NCBI GenBank assembly: GCA_963816535.1
Contig: CAWFKW010000007.1
Location: forward strand, 85,675-149,674
Source: an uncultured Ignavibacteria bacterium
GTDB taxonomy: Bacteria; Bacteroidota; Ignavibacteria; Tepidaquicellales; OLB5
Direction of reading: 5' to 3'
Length of the DNA stretch: 64,000 nt
The translations under genes and the position numbers were made by a program. A model generated the notes under the pieces. That model did not search any database. It was not told where the DNA came from and saw nothing but the letters and a program-made list of their open reading frames with translations. This document shows, one piece after another, positions 1-8,658 of this stretch (within the stretch, counting starts at the first letter, position 1; each line of letters opens with the position of its first letter).

Positions 1-245
1 AGAAGATTTGGGACCAGATGCCAGACCCTAAATGGTGTATTGCTATGGGCGCATGCACTTCAAGCGGCGGAATGTACAGAACATATTCTGTTGTTCAGGG
101 TATCGACCAGTTCCTGCCGGTCGATGTTTATGTTGCCGGATGCCCGCCAAGGCCGGATGCGCTTATCCAGGCTTTAATGGAAATACAGAATAAGATCGCA
201 AAGGACAAACCGAATCTGATCGAGAAGAAAACAGTTGCTTTGTAA
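1..245 (+). CDS. nuoB: NADH-quinone oxidoreductase subunit B, C-terminal part (5' end outside window)
   Basis: The frame is open from the window edge (codons from nt 3: [54 protein letters not shown]). The Cys pattern (GAC...GCPP) is typical of the NuoB/Nqo6 Fe-S subunit. A clean terminator follows. Confidence 0.93.
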   Translation, partial: KIWDQMPDPKWCIAMGACTSSGGMYRTYSVVQGIDQFLPVDVYVAGCPPRPDALIQALMEIQNKIAKDKPNLIEKKTVAL

Positions 246-270
246 TATAAATTATGATTTGCTTTTAAAG

Positions 271-297
271 AGCGAACCTAACGGTTCGCTTTTTTTT
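271..297 (+). terminator. Intrinsic terminator after nuoB
   Basis: Stem agcgaacc (271-278) pairs with ggttcgct (283-290) around loop taac. A run of 7 T follows (291-297). Confidence 0.85.
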
Positions 298-605
298 ATG
301 ATCTTTTTGTTTCACGCAGAGTCCGCAGAGAACACTGAGAATTTTCCAAACCTGGTTGATTTTCATTTACCAAAAAATCTCAAACTTCGTTTCTTCTCGA
401 TTAAGCATTCTTAATATTCAGTTGTACGTAACATATTTTGAGGATTAATCTGTTTATTTTTTTAATAGCCCCGACCTTCAGGTAGGGGCAAAAAGAAACC
501 CAAAACGCGGGGCTTTAGCCCCTAAGAAAAAAAAATCCGATCTTGTTTTTCTGGCTGAAAATCCTGCAAGCGGAATAAGAAAATTCAGCGCTAAAAAAAG
601 TGATT

Positions 606-911
606 TTAGATAGGTGTATTTTTCTTTGACCTTTGCGTTGAGAGAAAATAAATTATCACAACAAATATCTCGCCCCCGAATGCAATTTTATAGCCAACCG
701 GCATAAGCCCGTCTGCCATCAGAATTACTATTGGCGCTATGATCTCAAAAAGAACAAGGGGAATTCCAAACAGCAGCATCAATGTGAAGAATGAGCCCTT
801 TGTCCGCTGGTCGTCTGTCTGTTTCATCTTTCGTGAAACAAATCTGAACCAGAAAATTGTGAACAATACCATCGTAATCCAGATTACGAGCTCTTCGATA
901 TACGCATTCAT
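606..911 (-). CDS. Hypothetical small integral membrane protein
   Basis: 101-aa ORF with about three hydrophobic helices (VIWITMVLFTIFWF; FFTLMLLFGIPLVLFEIIAPIVILM; IFVVIIYFL). No recognisable family. Confidence 0.45.
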   Translation of the reverse strand: MNAYIEELVIWITMVLFTIFWFRFVSRKMKQTDDQRTKGSFFTLMLLFGIPLVLFEIIAPIVILMADGLMPVGYKIAFGGEIFVVIIYFLSTQRSKKNTPI

Positions 912-991
912 TTTACGCGAGGAACATTCTGAATTTTAATTCGTCATTTTGCATTTTGCTATTTGATACTTCTGCAATTTTTTGATCTATA

Positions 992-1062
992 AGCTCCGTT
1001 AGGAGCGGAATATTTGTAGAAGAACATTATAAATACCATAGCTCCGGAGGAGCGGCATATGA
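992..1062. repeat. Two copies of the 'agctccgttaggagcg..atatttg' hairpin repeat (same family as 33213-33287)
   Basis: Copy 1 is agctccgttaggagcggaatatttgtaga. About 50 nt later copy 2 is agctccggaggagcggcatatg. Each has a gctcc/ggagc 5-bp hairpin. Near-identical units recur at 33213-33287. Confidence 0.8.
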
Positions 1063-1074
1063 TTCTTAAATATG

Positions 1075-2577
1075 TTATTTTTCTAATTTCTGCTGCAGAT
1101 GTTTGGGTATGTATATCTTTTCGATCAGCTCAAAAATAAATTCCGTCAGTATAGCCAGCGCCGCCGCCGGGATAGCGCCTCTTAAAATTAATCCTGTATT
1201 ATTCAATGCGAGTCCGGTTACGATAAACTCACCTAACCCCCCTGCCCCGATAAACGCAGCAAGAGTAGCTGTGCCGATATTAATTACCGCCGCTGTTTTT
1301 ACTCCTGCAAATATCGCGGGCATGGCAAGCGGCAGTTCAACGTACCTAAGTTTCTGCCACACGGATAGGCCCATACCGGTAGCAACTTTTTTAAGCAGCG
1401 GGTCGACTGTAAATAATCCTGTAGCTGTATTTCTTAGAATGGGTAATAACGCGTAAAGAAATAGAGCGGCGACTGCCGGCACAATGCCTATGCCAAAGAA
1501 CGGTATCATAAACGCCAGCAAAGCAATAGACGGAATTGTCTGCAGCAGCCCTGCCAGGTAAAGCGCCGGTTTCGAAACACCGGAATAAATATATAACGCT
1601 ATTCCAAGCGGAATGGCTATTAACATCGCCAGCGCCAAAGCTATGACCGTAATTTTTATATGTTGCAGGGTTTTCTCCAGAATGTCTGCAAACATGCCTG
1701 GATTTTCAGGTTCATTGCCTGAAGCAATGAGCTTTTTTCTTTTCAGAAATTCATTTGCAACTTCGGCGAAAGTTTTGTTGTCATAAAGGACCTCGGAATT
1801 CATCGACTGCATTTCGCTTTCATTTATAGTGGACTTCAGCTCTGATATAATATCCTTAGCTTTGCCGTCAAGTTCGGTCCTGTAGAACGCCACTGCGTAA
1901 TATTTCGGGAAGAACGATTTATCGTCTTCCAGAGTCACGAGATTATATTTCTTTATTTCCCCGTCGGTGGAGTATGCGTCGGTCAGCTCTATTTTCGTTT
2001 CATCAAGCGCCTGGTATGCAAGGCCGTGTTCAATTCCAACCGGCTTATTTTTTAATCCGTAAACGGCGGCTAAGTTGTCCCAACCGTCTTTGCGCTTAAG
2101 AAATTCATAGCTGAGCGCCATGTTTAAATCCGGATGATTCTTCAGATCGGATATTTTCTTAAGCTTATATTTATCGGCGGTCTCTTTTGTAACTACTAAG
2201 GCATACGTGTTGTTAAATCCAAACGGCTCTGAGATCTCCAGCCTAAGTTCAAATTTGAGTTTTTTGTTCAGCTCTTCGAAGGTGAGCGGCTTATCAAGCT
2301 TAAGTATTTCTTCGGTCAGCGTGCCGGTGTATTCGGGGTATATATCGATATCGCCGGCGCTGAGCGCATCAAAACAAACCTTGGTGCCGCCAAGATTGTA
2401 ATTTCGTTCAACCTTAAAACCGTTAGTCTCAAGAAGCTGAGAAATTATTTCGCTGAGTATATATCCTTCATTAAAATGTTTAGAGCCAACCTTAATAACC
2501 TGTCCCTGCGCGCATTTGTATGAAAACAATATTATCAGAGTTAACACAATATTTCTTACCAAAGCTCTGTTCATCAT
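1075..2577 (-). CDS. OpuC/OpuB-type quaternary-amine ABC transporter, fused substrate-binding domain + permease
   Basis: 500 aa with a signal peptide (MMNRALVRNIVLTLIILFSYKCAQG). The N-terminal part is an OpuAC-type binding domain (DIDIYPEYTGT, TDAYSTDGEI, DDKSFFPKYY). The C-terminal part is a multi-TM permease domain (..LLPILRNTATGL..). ATGA start/stop overlap with the upstream ATPase gene. Confidence 0.88.
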   Translation of the reverse strand: MMNRALVRNIVLTLIILFSYKCAQGQVIKVGSKHFNEGYILSEIISQLLETNGFKVERNYNLGGTKVCFDALSAGDIDIYPEYTGTLTEEILKLDKPLTFEELNKKLKFELRLEISEPFGFNNTYALVVTKETADKYKLKKISDLKNHPDLNMALSYEFLKRKDGWDNLAAVYGLKNKPVGIEHGLAYQALDETKIELTDAYSTDGEIKKYNLVTLEDDKSFFPKYYAVAFYRTELDGKAKDIISELKSTINESEMQSMNSEVLYDNKTFAEVANEFLKRKKLIASGNEPENPGMFADILEKTLQHIKITVIALALAMLIAIPLGIALYIYSGVSKPALYLAGLLQTIPSIALLAFMIPFFGIGIVPAVAALFLYALLPILRNTATGLFTVDPLLKKVATGMGLSVWQKLRYVELPLAMPAIFAGVKTAAVINIGTATLAAFIGAGGLGEFIVTGLALNNTGLILRGAIPAAALAILTEFIFELIEKIYIPKHLQQKLEK

Positions 2578-3311
2578 TCCTGCGACCTGATAAATTCTTT
2601 CACGAAATCATTTGCCGGCTCATTTAACACTTTCTCTTTTTTATCGAACTGCTGTATCCCGCCCGCTTCAATGAACATTATATTATCCGCAAGCCTCTCC
2701 GCTTCATTGAGGTCATGTGTAACCATAATTATAGTGCGCGGCTCGAACTGCTGCAGCTTCAGAACTTCTTTGTGTATCTCGCTCTTTGTCGATGGGTCAA
2801 GAGCCCCAAAAGCCTCATCCAGTAAAAATATCTGAGGGTTCAGAAGCATTGCGCGGCAGATACCCACGCGCTGCTGTTCGCCGCCCGATAGCTCGTGCGG
2901 ATATTTCTTTTTGTATAGAGGCGGCAATGATACAAAACTCATAAGCAGGTCAATCCTGAATTCAATTTCATGTTTTATCATACCCGTAATTTTACCAAGC
3001 AGCGCAATGTTATCATACACGCTCATGTGCGGGAAAAGGCCTGTGCCCTGCACAGAGTAACCTATCTTCAGTCTTATTTGATTTATCTTAGAGTAATCCA
3101 GTTTCTCGTCGTACACTATCACTTCGCCTTCGGTTGGACGGATGAGCCCGTTTATGATCTGTATAAGAGTGGATTTCCCTCCCCCGCTTTTTCCTATTAT
3201 AGCGGTTATCTCATTTTGGGCAATATCAAACGTAAGCGCGTTGAGCGCCGCTTTATTTTTGTATCTGTGCGTAACGTTTCTGAATCCGACTATGCTCAAA
3301 ACAACCCCCAT
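2574..3311 (-). CDS. ABC transporter ATP-binding protein (osmoprotectant/quaternary-amine type)
   Basis: 245 aa. Walker A GKSGGGKST, ABC signature LSGGEQQRVGICRA, Walker B IFLLDEAFGALD, H-loop VTHD. 4-nt overlap with the permease gene. Confidence 0.92.
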   Translation of the reverse strand: MGVVLSIVGFRNVTHRYKNKAALNALTFDIAQNEITAIIGKSGGGKSTLIQIINGLIRPTEGEVIVYDEKLDYSKINQIRLKIGYSVQGTGLFPHMSVYDNIALLGKITGMIKHEIEFRIDLLMSFVSLPPLYKKKYPHELSGGEQQRVGICRAMLLNPQIFLLDEAFGALDPSTKSEIHKEVLKLQQFEPRTIIMVTHDLNEAERLADNIMFIEAGGIQQFDKKEKVLNEPANDFVKEFIRSQE

Positions 3312-3390
3312 CCCCGCGAAGCTTGTCCCCGAACTAATCGGGGAGCGGGGATCTATATATTTGAAAAATTATTAAATTCGATTGCGCATA

Positions 3391-3500
3391 TTGGGGTGGG
3401 AGTTTTAATACCACCCCCTCCGCATCTCCCCCTGTTAGGGGGAGACAAAAACATTCAATTTCTAACGTCCCCTCCTGACAGGAGGGGGTAGGGGGAGGTG
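3391..3500. repeat. GC-rich hairpin repeat block (family A)
   Basis: Hairpin 1: tctccccc-tgtta-gggggaga (3425-3445). Hairpin 2: cccctcc-tgaca-ggagggg (3469-3487), followed by gtagggggaggtg. The reverse complement aligns with 17051-17086. Confidence 0.8.
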
Positions 3501-3660
3501 TGAAGTTATCAACCATCACATCCACTGTCCTCTTCAACTTAACTTCATTGGGTTTTACTATCTATATTTTTAATTTACCCTTTTGAAACTATATTATGGC
3601 AGCCGCCATTGTAGTAATTACGGCAATCTTGGAATCCTAAACTACTAATAAAATATCAAA

Positions 3661-5034
3661 ATGGAAAATCAAAACAGCGTTCTAAACATACAGGATATCG
3701 AAAGCTCTTTATCAGGCATCGCTCAGGATGAGTTCTTCGACATGTTTAAAAAAGTGCGCAGGCTTATGATAGAACTGGTTGAGCCGCTGGAGACCGAGGA
3801 TTTTGTTATACAGACTGAATGGTTTATGAGTCCCCCGCGCTGGCACATCGGCCACGTTACATGGTTCTATGACCAGCTGCTGAAAAAATTTTATAAGGAC
3901 TATAAGCCTTACAAAGACGATTTTTCATTTTATCTTAATTCATATTACCAGGCATTCGGGAAGCCGTTCAATAAATCACGGCGCGGAACCATATCTAGAC
4001 CTACCGTGAAGGAAACGCTGGACTACTGGAATTATATCAACCGGCAGGTAGCCGCGTTCTTTAAATCGACTGAGATCAGCATTACCATTCTTCGCCATTT
4101 TTTATTAGCGTACAATCACGAATGGCAGCACCAGGAACTTTTGGTTTACGACCTCCAGCATCTGCTTCAGGATAAATACAAACCAAAAAATATGAAGAAA
4201 CCGCCCGCCACAAACGGGCACGCGCATAAGAAAGAAATGATAAAGATACCGGGCGGAATTTACGAGCTTGGTTTTGACCTGATGAAATGGAAAAACTATT
4301 TTGCATACGATATAGAAATGCCGCAGCATAAAGTTTATTTAAACGATTACTATATAGACAATGCTCCAGTAACTAATGGCGACTTCCTCCAGTTCATCAA
4401 CGACGGCGGCTATACAAATTATAAATTCTGGCTTGATGAAGGATGGCAGTGGGTGAACCGCGAAGGTATTCACGCGCCCATGTACTGGGAAAAAAATGAG
4501 AACGGCAACTGGGTTAAACATGATTTCAAAGGGAAACGCTTTATAGAAAACTTTGCGAATGAGCCTGTGATAAATGTAAGCTTCTTTGAAGCGGATGCAT
4601 ACGCGCGCTGGGCAGGCAAGCGATTGCCAACCGAAGCTGAATGGGAAAAAGCCGCAAGCTGGGATGAAGATAAAGGCGTTAAACGACTTTACCCGTGGGG
4701 CGACGAAGAACCAACTGAGTTCCATGCTAATTTACTTGAGTCAAAGATATGGGCGCCGACCGATATTTTTAATTACCAGGATGGCAAGAGTTTCTACGGC
4801 TGTTACCAGATGCTGGGCGATATGTGGGAATGGACAGGCTCAGAGTTTGTTGCGTACCCCGGATTTAAATCCGGATTTGCTGAGTACAATGATAAGTGGT
4901 TCTCGAATCAGAAAGTACTGCGGGGCGGCTCCTTCGGAACGCCAAAGCTTTCGACCCGCAACACATACCGCAACTTCTTTAAAACACATGAGAGATGGCT
5001 GATAAGCGGATTTCGCTGTGCAAAAGACGCATAA
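3661..5034 (+). CDS. egtB: Ergothioneine biosynthesis sulfoxide synthase EgtB (DinB_2 + FGE-sulfatase fold)
   Basis: 457 aa. N-terminal DinB-like domain (WHIGHVTWFYD, HEWQHQELL). C-terminal FGE-sulfatase-type domain (GDMWEWTGSEF, RGGSFGTP, FRCAKD). No C-terminal methyltransferase, so EgtB-like rather than OvoA-like. egtD lies 5 kb away. Confidence 0.85.
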   Translation: MENQNSVLNIQDIESSLSGIAQDEFFDMFKKVRRLMIELVEPLETEDFVIQTEWFMSPPRWHIGHVTWFYDQLLKKFYKDYKPYKDDFSFYLNSYYQAFGKPFNKSRRGTISRPTVKETLDYWNYINRQVAAFFKSTEISITILRHFLLAYNHEWQHQELLVYDLQHLLQDKYKPKNMKKPPATNGHAHKKEMIKIPGGIYELGFDLMKWKNYFAYDIEMPQHKVYLNDYYIDNAPVTNGDFLQFINDGGYTNYKFWLDEGWQWVNREGIHAPMYWEKNENGNWVKHDFKGKRFIENFANEPVINVSFFEADAYARWAGKRLPTEAEWEKAASWDEDKGVKRLYPWGDEEPTEFHANLLESKIWAPTDIFNYQDGKSFYGCYQMLGDMWEWTGSEFVAYPGFKSGFAEYNDKWFSNQKVLRGGSFGTPKLSTRNTYRNFFKTHERWLISGFRCAKDA

Positions 5035-5064
5035 GTCAATTAATAATTACTAATAATATTTTTT

Positions 5065-5118
5065 GCACCCCTCCTTGATAAGGAGGAGTGTCCCGATGAC
5101 AATCGGGACGCGGTGGTC
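5065..5118. repeat. GC-rich hairpin repeat (family B, with inserted second hairpin)
   Basis: gcacccctccttgataaggaggag + gtcccgat-gaca-atcgggac + gcggtggtc. Shares the ccctccttgataaggagg core and the ggtggtc tail with 6459-6494. Confidence 0.8.
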
Positions 5119-5138
5119 TTAATTAGCAAACAAAAATC

Positions 5139-5417
5139 TTAATAGACTTCATCATGTTTGCCTACAGCCAATAAATGAATTACTAACTCTTCTTTTTCAT
5201 CCTGCAAAATTTCAAATATTATCCTTATATCATTTGTGACTTTTGATGACCAAATACCTTCGAATTTTCCTTTTAATTTGTGAGTTTTGAGTGTGGGGTC
5301 AAAGGGATTAATTTCGAGTTTTCTTAAAACGTTATCTATTTTCAAGCCAATAGAAGGATTACCTTTAAAAATCTTTACATAATCTCTTCCAAATTTATTG
5401 CTTTTGACTAGCTGCAT
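5139..5417 (-). CDS. Type II toxin, RelE/YafQ (ParE-RelE superfamily)
   Basis: 92 aa. Contains ..NPFDPTLKTHKLKGKFEGIWSSKVTNDIRIIF.., typical of RelE/StbE/YafQ mRNA interferases. Sits directly downstream of, and overlapping, a small basic antitoxin-like ORF. Confidence 0.8.
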   Translation of the reverse strand: MQLVKSNKFGRDYVKIFKGNPSIGLKIDNVLRKLEINPFDPTLKTHKLKGKFEGIWSSKVTNDIRIIFEILQDEKEELVIHLLAVGKHDEVY

Positions 5418-5601
5418 TTCTCAGGTGTTTAATAATAGTTTCCGCATCACCTTTTATGTAATTACCTTTTTTATACTCTTTCCTGGATTCGTTAATTTCT
5501 TTAAGAAGTTTATCTATTTTTTGCTGCTTAGTGAGTCTTTTTGTCACTGTCTTTCTTTTGGAAGATTTAATTTTTATTGGCATCTTATATAATTTATTCA
5601 A
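5395..5601 (-). CDS. Putative cognate antitoxin
   Basis: 68-aa ORF upstream of the toxin with a 23-nt overlap. Basic N-terminus and helical C-terminus. An alternative start at 5583 (MPIKIK) is possible. Family not recognised; the call rests on position. Confidence 0.6.
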   Translation of the reverse strand: MNKLYKMPIKIKSSKRKTVTKRLTKQQKIDKLLKEINESRKEYKKGNYIKGDAETIIKHLRNAASQKQ

Positions 5602-5643
5602 AATTATTGAACTTTATAGTAAAATACAATCTATAAGTATAGT

Positions 5644-6432
5644 TCAAACCAACTCTTCAATCCCGCTAATAACATAATCCGGCTTCACATCGCCGGTTAT
5701 ATCCCCTGCCGGGGAATTTTGGATTAAGATAGAATTAATTCCTACGTTCTTTGCTCCTATCACATCGCGTTTGTAGTTATCGCCAATATACACCAGTTCA
5801 TTCGGCTTCATCCCGAAATGGTTAATCGCAATTTCAAATAATTTCGAAGAAGGTTTAATCGCGCCATGGTCGGTTGAAAAAATAAGTAAGTCAAACAAAT
5901 CATATACTTCTTCCTCTTTAAGTCTTTCTTTGAAATAAATACTCTCACACCATACGTTACTTATCAAGCCAAGTTTATGAACTTTTGATAATTCATTTAA
6001 TACTTTTCGGCAATTATCCGGGACCCAGCCGCATTCGTGAGCCGCAAATGTTTTTTCAATTAAATCTTTTTCATCGGATTCAAATTCTTTAAAGTATTCA
6101 TCTGCATCTAAAAATTCTCTGACTGTCGGAAACGCATCGAAGAAATCCGGGTCCCTGCTTTTCTCAAGTAGTTTCATGTATGAGAAATAAAAAAAATCGT
6201 GCAGTTCAGAGTTGATATATTTTGTCCCGCCGAAAGATTTATAAATTTTTTCATAATCCTGTTCATCGCCATACCTGTTGCCTCCGAACATAATGGTTTT
6301 ATCCATGTCGAATAACAGAACCTCAAATTGTCTGATAAATTCTTTTGCGGACATCTTCTTATAAACAGTGTAGGTCAAAGATATATCTTTGACCTGAAAA
6401 TTACTTTGCAGAAAATGTTCTCTTATACTCAA
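5644..6432 (-). CDS. HAD-superfamily hydrolase
   Basis: 262 aa. Motif I LLFDMDKTI (DxDxT). Motif IV region YIGDNYKRDVIGAKNVG. Confidence 0.8.
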   Translation of the reverse strand: MSIREHFLQSNFQVKDISLTYTVYKKMSAKEFIRQFEVLLFDMDKTIMFGGNRYGDEQDYEKIYKSFGGTKYINSELHDFFYFSYMKLLEKSRDPDFFDAFPTVREFLDADEYFKEFESDEKDLIEKTFAAHECGWVPDNCRKVLNELSKVHKLGLISNVWCESIYFKERLKEEEVYDLFDLLIFSTDHGAIKPSSKLFEIAINHFGMKPNELVYIGDNYKRDVIGAKNVGINSILIQNSPAGDITGDVKPDYVISGIEELV

Positions 6433-6458
6433 AGCAGACCTCCCCGCTCTAACGAGTT

Positions 6459-6494
6459 CCCCCTCCTTGATAAGGAGGGGGCCAGGGGGTGGTC
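6459..6494. repeat. GC-rich hairpin repeat (family B)
   Basis: ccccctcctt-gat-aaggaggggg followed by ccagggggtggtc. Its reverse complement aligns with 22280-22316 (gaccacccctaacccccttcttataaaaggaggtggg). Confidence 0.85.
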
Positions 6495-6506
6495 AAATAG
6501 AAATAT

Positions 6507-8360
6507 TTATTTTGTCAATATCATTTTCTTAGATTCCTTAAAATCACCTGCAATTAACTGGTAAAAATAAATTCCGCTTGCATATTTCGATGCCTTCCAG
6601 TCTGCTTCATACGTTCCCGGAGTTAGCTTTTCATTTACCAAAGTCTCGACTTCTCTGCCAAGTATGTCAAAAATTACCAGTCTCACGATTGCCGTCTGAC
6701 GTTTCATGTCAGCAGGCACAGAGAATCTTATTTTTGTAGATGGGTTAAACGGATTCGGATAGTTTTGCGATAATGCAAATGTTTTCGGAATTTCTGAAGA
6801 AATATTTTTTATTCCTATCGGAGCCCTGCCGTATTCAACATTTAACGTCCATTGCTCCAGGGTTCCCGATGACGTTCCGTTATTATAAACATCAAGGATC
6901 CAGTTTCCCGACGGATCCATGTTGTTAAAACTGCTAAGCGGTTTATATGGCATATATTCACCGGTGAACTGGGCATTTCCGTAATTAACTGAATACGGCC
7001 CTGAGTCATCAAGCAATGTGTTTCTGAAATTAGCGCCGCTGCCGCCGGCATGGTATATCAGGGTATCGTTTACTGACTGATGGATCAGGTAAAATTCAAG
7101 GTCGGCGTCGTTCGGATAGGTTACACTGTCAATCGATACGGTTACATTGTACACATAATAAGAAGTGACATCGCGGGGACGGAAATATGTTGTATCATAA
7201 TTATGACCATGGAACATATTTTTATGAAGAAACGCTTCAACGCTTCGTCCGGTCCATACCGTTGTGTCTTCCTCTGTCCATTGTGTTATGTGATTTGCGT
7301 TGATGCCGCCTGCAGATGTAAAATCGCCGCCTGCATATAGATCGTAATAAATTGAGGTTGAGTCAACCGGATCAAGCAGCCCATGCCCTTCACATGAGAG
7401 GGCATAAACGGCATTCCCGGTATCAATTCCGCTTCCCATCGGGCTCCATGAATTGCCGTCCCATCTTGCAATCCTGTTAAGACTCTGTGAACCAGAATGT
7501 AAGAAACTGCCGCCTGCGACAAGCCTGTTTCTGTAAACAGCAAAAGCATATACAATGTTATCTAAACCGCTTGCAACCGCCGACCATGTTGTTCCATTCC
7601 ATCTTGCAATATGGCTTGCGCTGACGCCGCCGGCAATAGTAAATGTACCGCCCGCAATCAGATCGCCGTTGTAAAGAGCTAATGCATGAACATTACTGTT
7701 AACCCCTGTACCCAACGGCGACCAAGAAGCGCCGTCCCATTTTGCTATGAAGTTACAGCTAACCCCGCCCGCAGCGGTAAAATTACCTGCCGCAATTATA
7801 TTACCGTTGTAAGTGCATACCGCGTAAACAGCGCCGTTAGTTCCGTTTCCCAACGCTGACCATGTGCTTGTGGCTCCATCCCACTTTCCGATATTATTGA
7901 GCCTGATCCCAAAACGTACGCTGTCGAATAATCCTCCTGCATACAATTTACCCTGTGTATCATAACATAAGGCGTTAACCTGTCCGCTCAATCCGTTGCC
8001 AAGCTTGCTCCACGCCCCGCTTCCGTAACCGGCGGCAATATATTTAATAGATGTATCTCCGGAGCCTCCGTAAGTGAATGCGCCTCCAATACGAAACGCG
8101 CCCACAGTCATTGCGGTCACTTTGTTTCCTGCGCCTCCGTTTGTCGGAGACCAGGCAGAATTATTAAATGAAGCTATGTAGTGCGCAACAACGTTACCGG
8201 CCGTTGTAAAATCACCGCCTGCATAAATTTCTCCGTGATAACCATATGAACTTAACGAATATACAGGGCCATTTACGCCAAGACCCAACGGCTCCCAGTT
8301 TTGAGAATAAGATGTCACAGATAAAAAAATTGTTATGCAGGAAATTATAATATTTTTCAT
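6507..8360 (-). CDS. T9SS cargo protein: beta-propeller-type repeats + P-domain-like module + T9SS C-terminal sorting domain
   Basis: 617 aa with a signal peptide ([20 protein letters not shown]). About 8-9 copies of a ~48-aa repeat (W.G..WS.LG.G.N..V.AL..YNG.LIAGG.FT.AGG). P-domain-like block ([13 protein letters not shown]...[24 protein letters not shown]). [20 protein letters not shown]...GIYFYQL...KKMILTK. SD aaaggaga. Confidence 0.88.
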   Translation of the reverse strand: MKNIIISCITIFLSVTSYSQNWEPLGLGVNGPVYSLSSYGYHGEIYAGGDFTTAGNVVAHYIASFNNSAWSPTNGGAGNKVTAMTVGAFRIGGAFTYGGSGDTSIKYIAAGYGSGAWSKLGNGLSGQVNALCYDTQGKLYAGGLFDSVRFGIRLNNIGKWDGATSTWSALGNGTNGAVYAVCTYNGNIIAAGNFTAAGGVSCNFIAKWDGASWSPLGTGVNSNVHALALYNGDLIAGGTFTIAGGVSASHIARWNGTTWSAVASGLDNIVYAFAVYRNRLVAGGSFLHSGSQSLNRIARWDGNSWSPMGSGIDTGNAVYALSCEGHGLLDPVDSTSIYYDLYAGGDFTSAGGINANHITQWTEEDTTVWTGRSVEAFLHKNMFHGHNYDTTYFRPRDVTSYYVYNVTVSIDSVTYPNDADLEFYLIHQSVNDTLIYHAGGSGANFRNTLLDDSGPYSVNYGNAQFTGEYMPYKPLSSFNNMDPSGNWILDVYNNGTSSGTLEQWTLNVEYGRAPIGIKNISSEIPKTFALSQNYPNPFNPSTKIRFSVPADMKRQTAIVRLVIFDILGREVETLVNEKLTPGTYEADWKASKYASGIYFYQLIAGDFKESKKMILTK

Positions 8361-8658
8361 TGGATTCTCCTTTGATCAAATACCGGCAAATACGGCAGTA
8401 AAACGGGCATCCCCAGAAAAATGCAGAGGCGCATACTGCCGCATACCGGCTTATAAATTTTTGATGAATTGTATTCAGGTGTGTTTGGAATGCCCGTTTC
8501 CATTCTTCCTCCGAATTGTTTACTTAGGCAAAAATAAATTTTATTTAGCTCTCAACGCAAAGAAAAAATAGTATAAATGTAACTCAACTTTCCAGAATAA
8601 TTAGTTATTTTCATAAAATTTTACTATTTTTCTGTATAATTTGTAACTTAGTTTAAGC

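Noticed and set aside
2970-3537. ORFs 2970-3491 (+), 3142-3375 (+) and 3334-3537 (-)
   Set aside because: They are antisense to, or overlapping, the well-supported ABC ATPase gene, or they run through the GC-rich hairpin repeats (..PPPPHLPLLGGDKN..SPPDRRG..). These are repeat and antisense artefacts.
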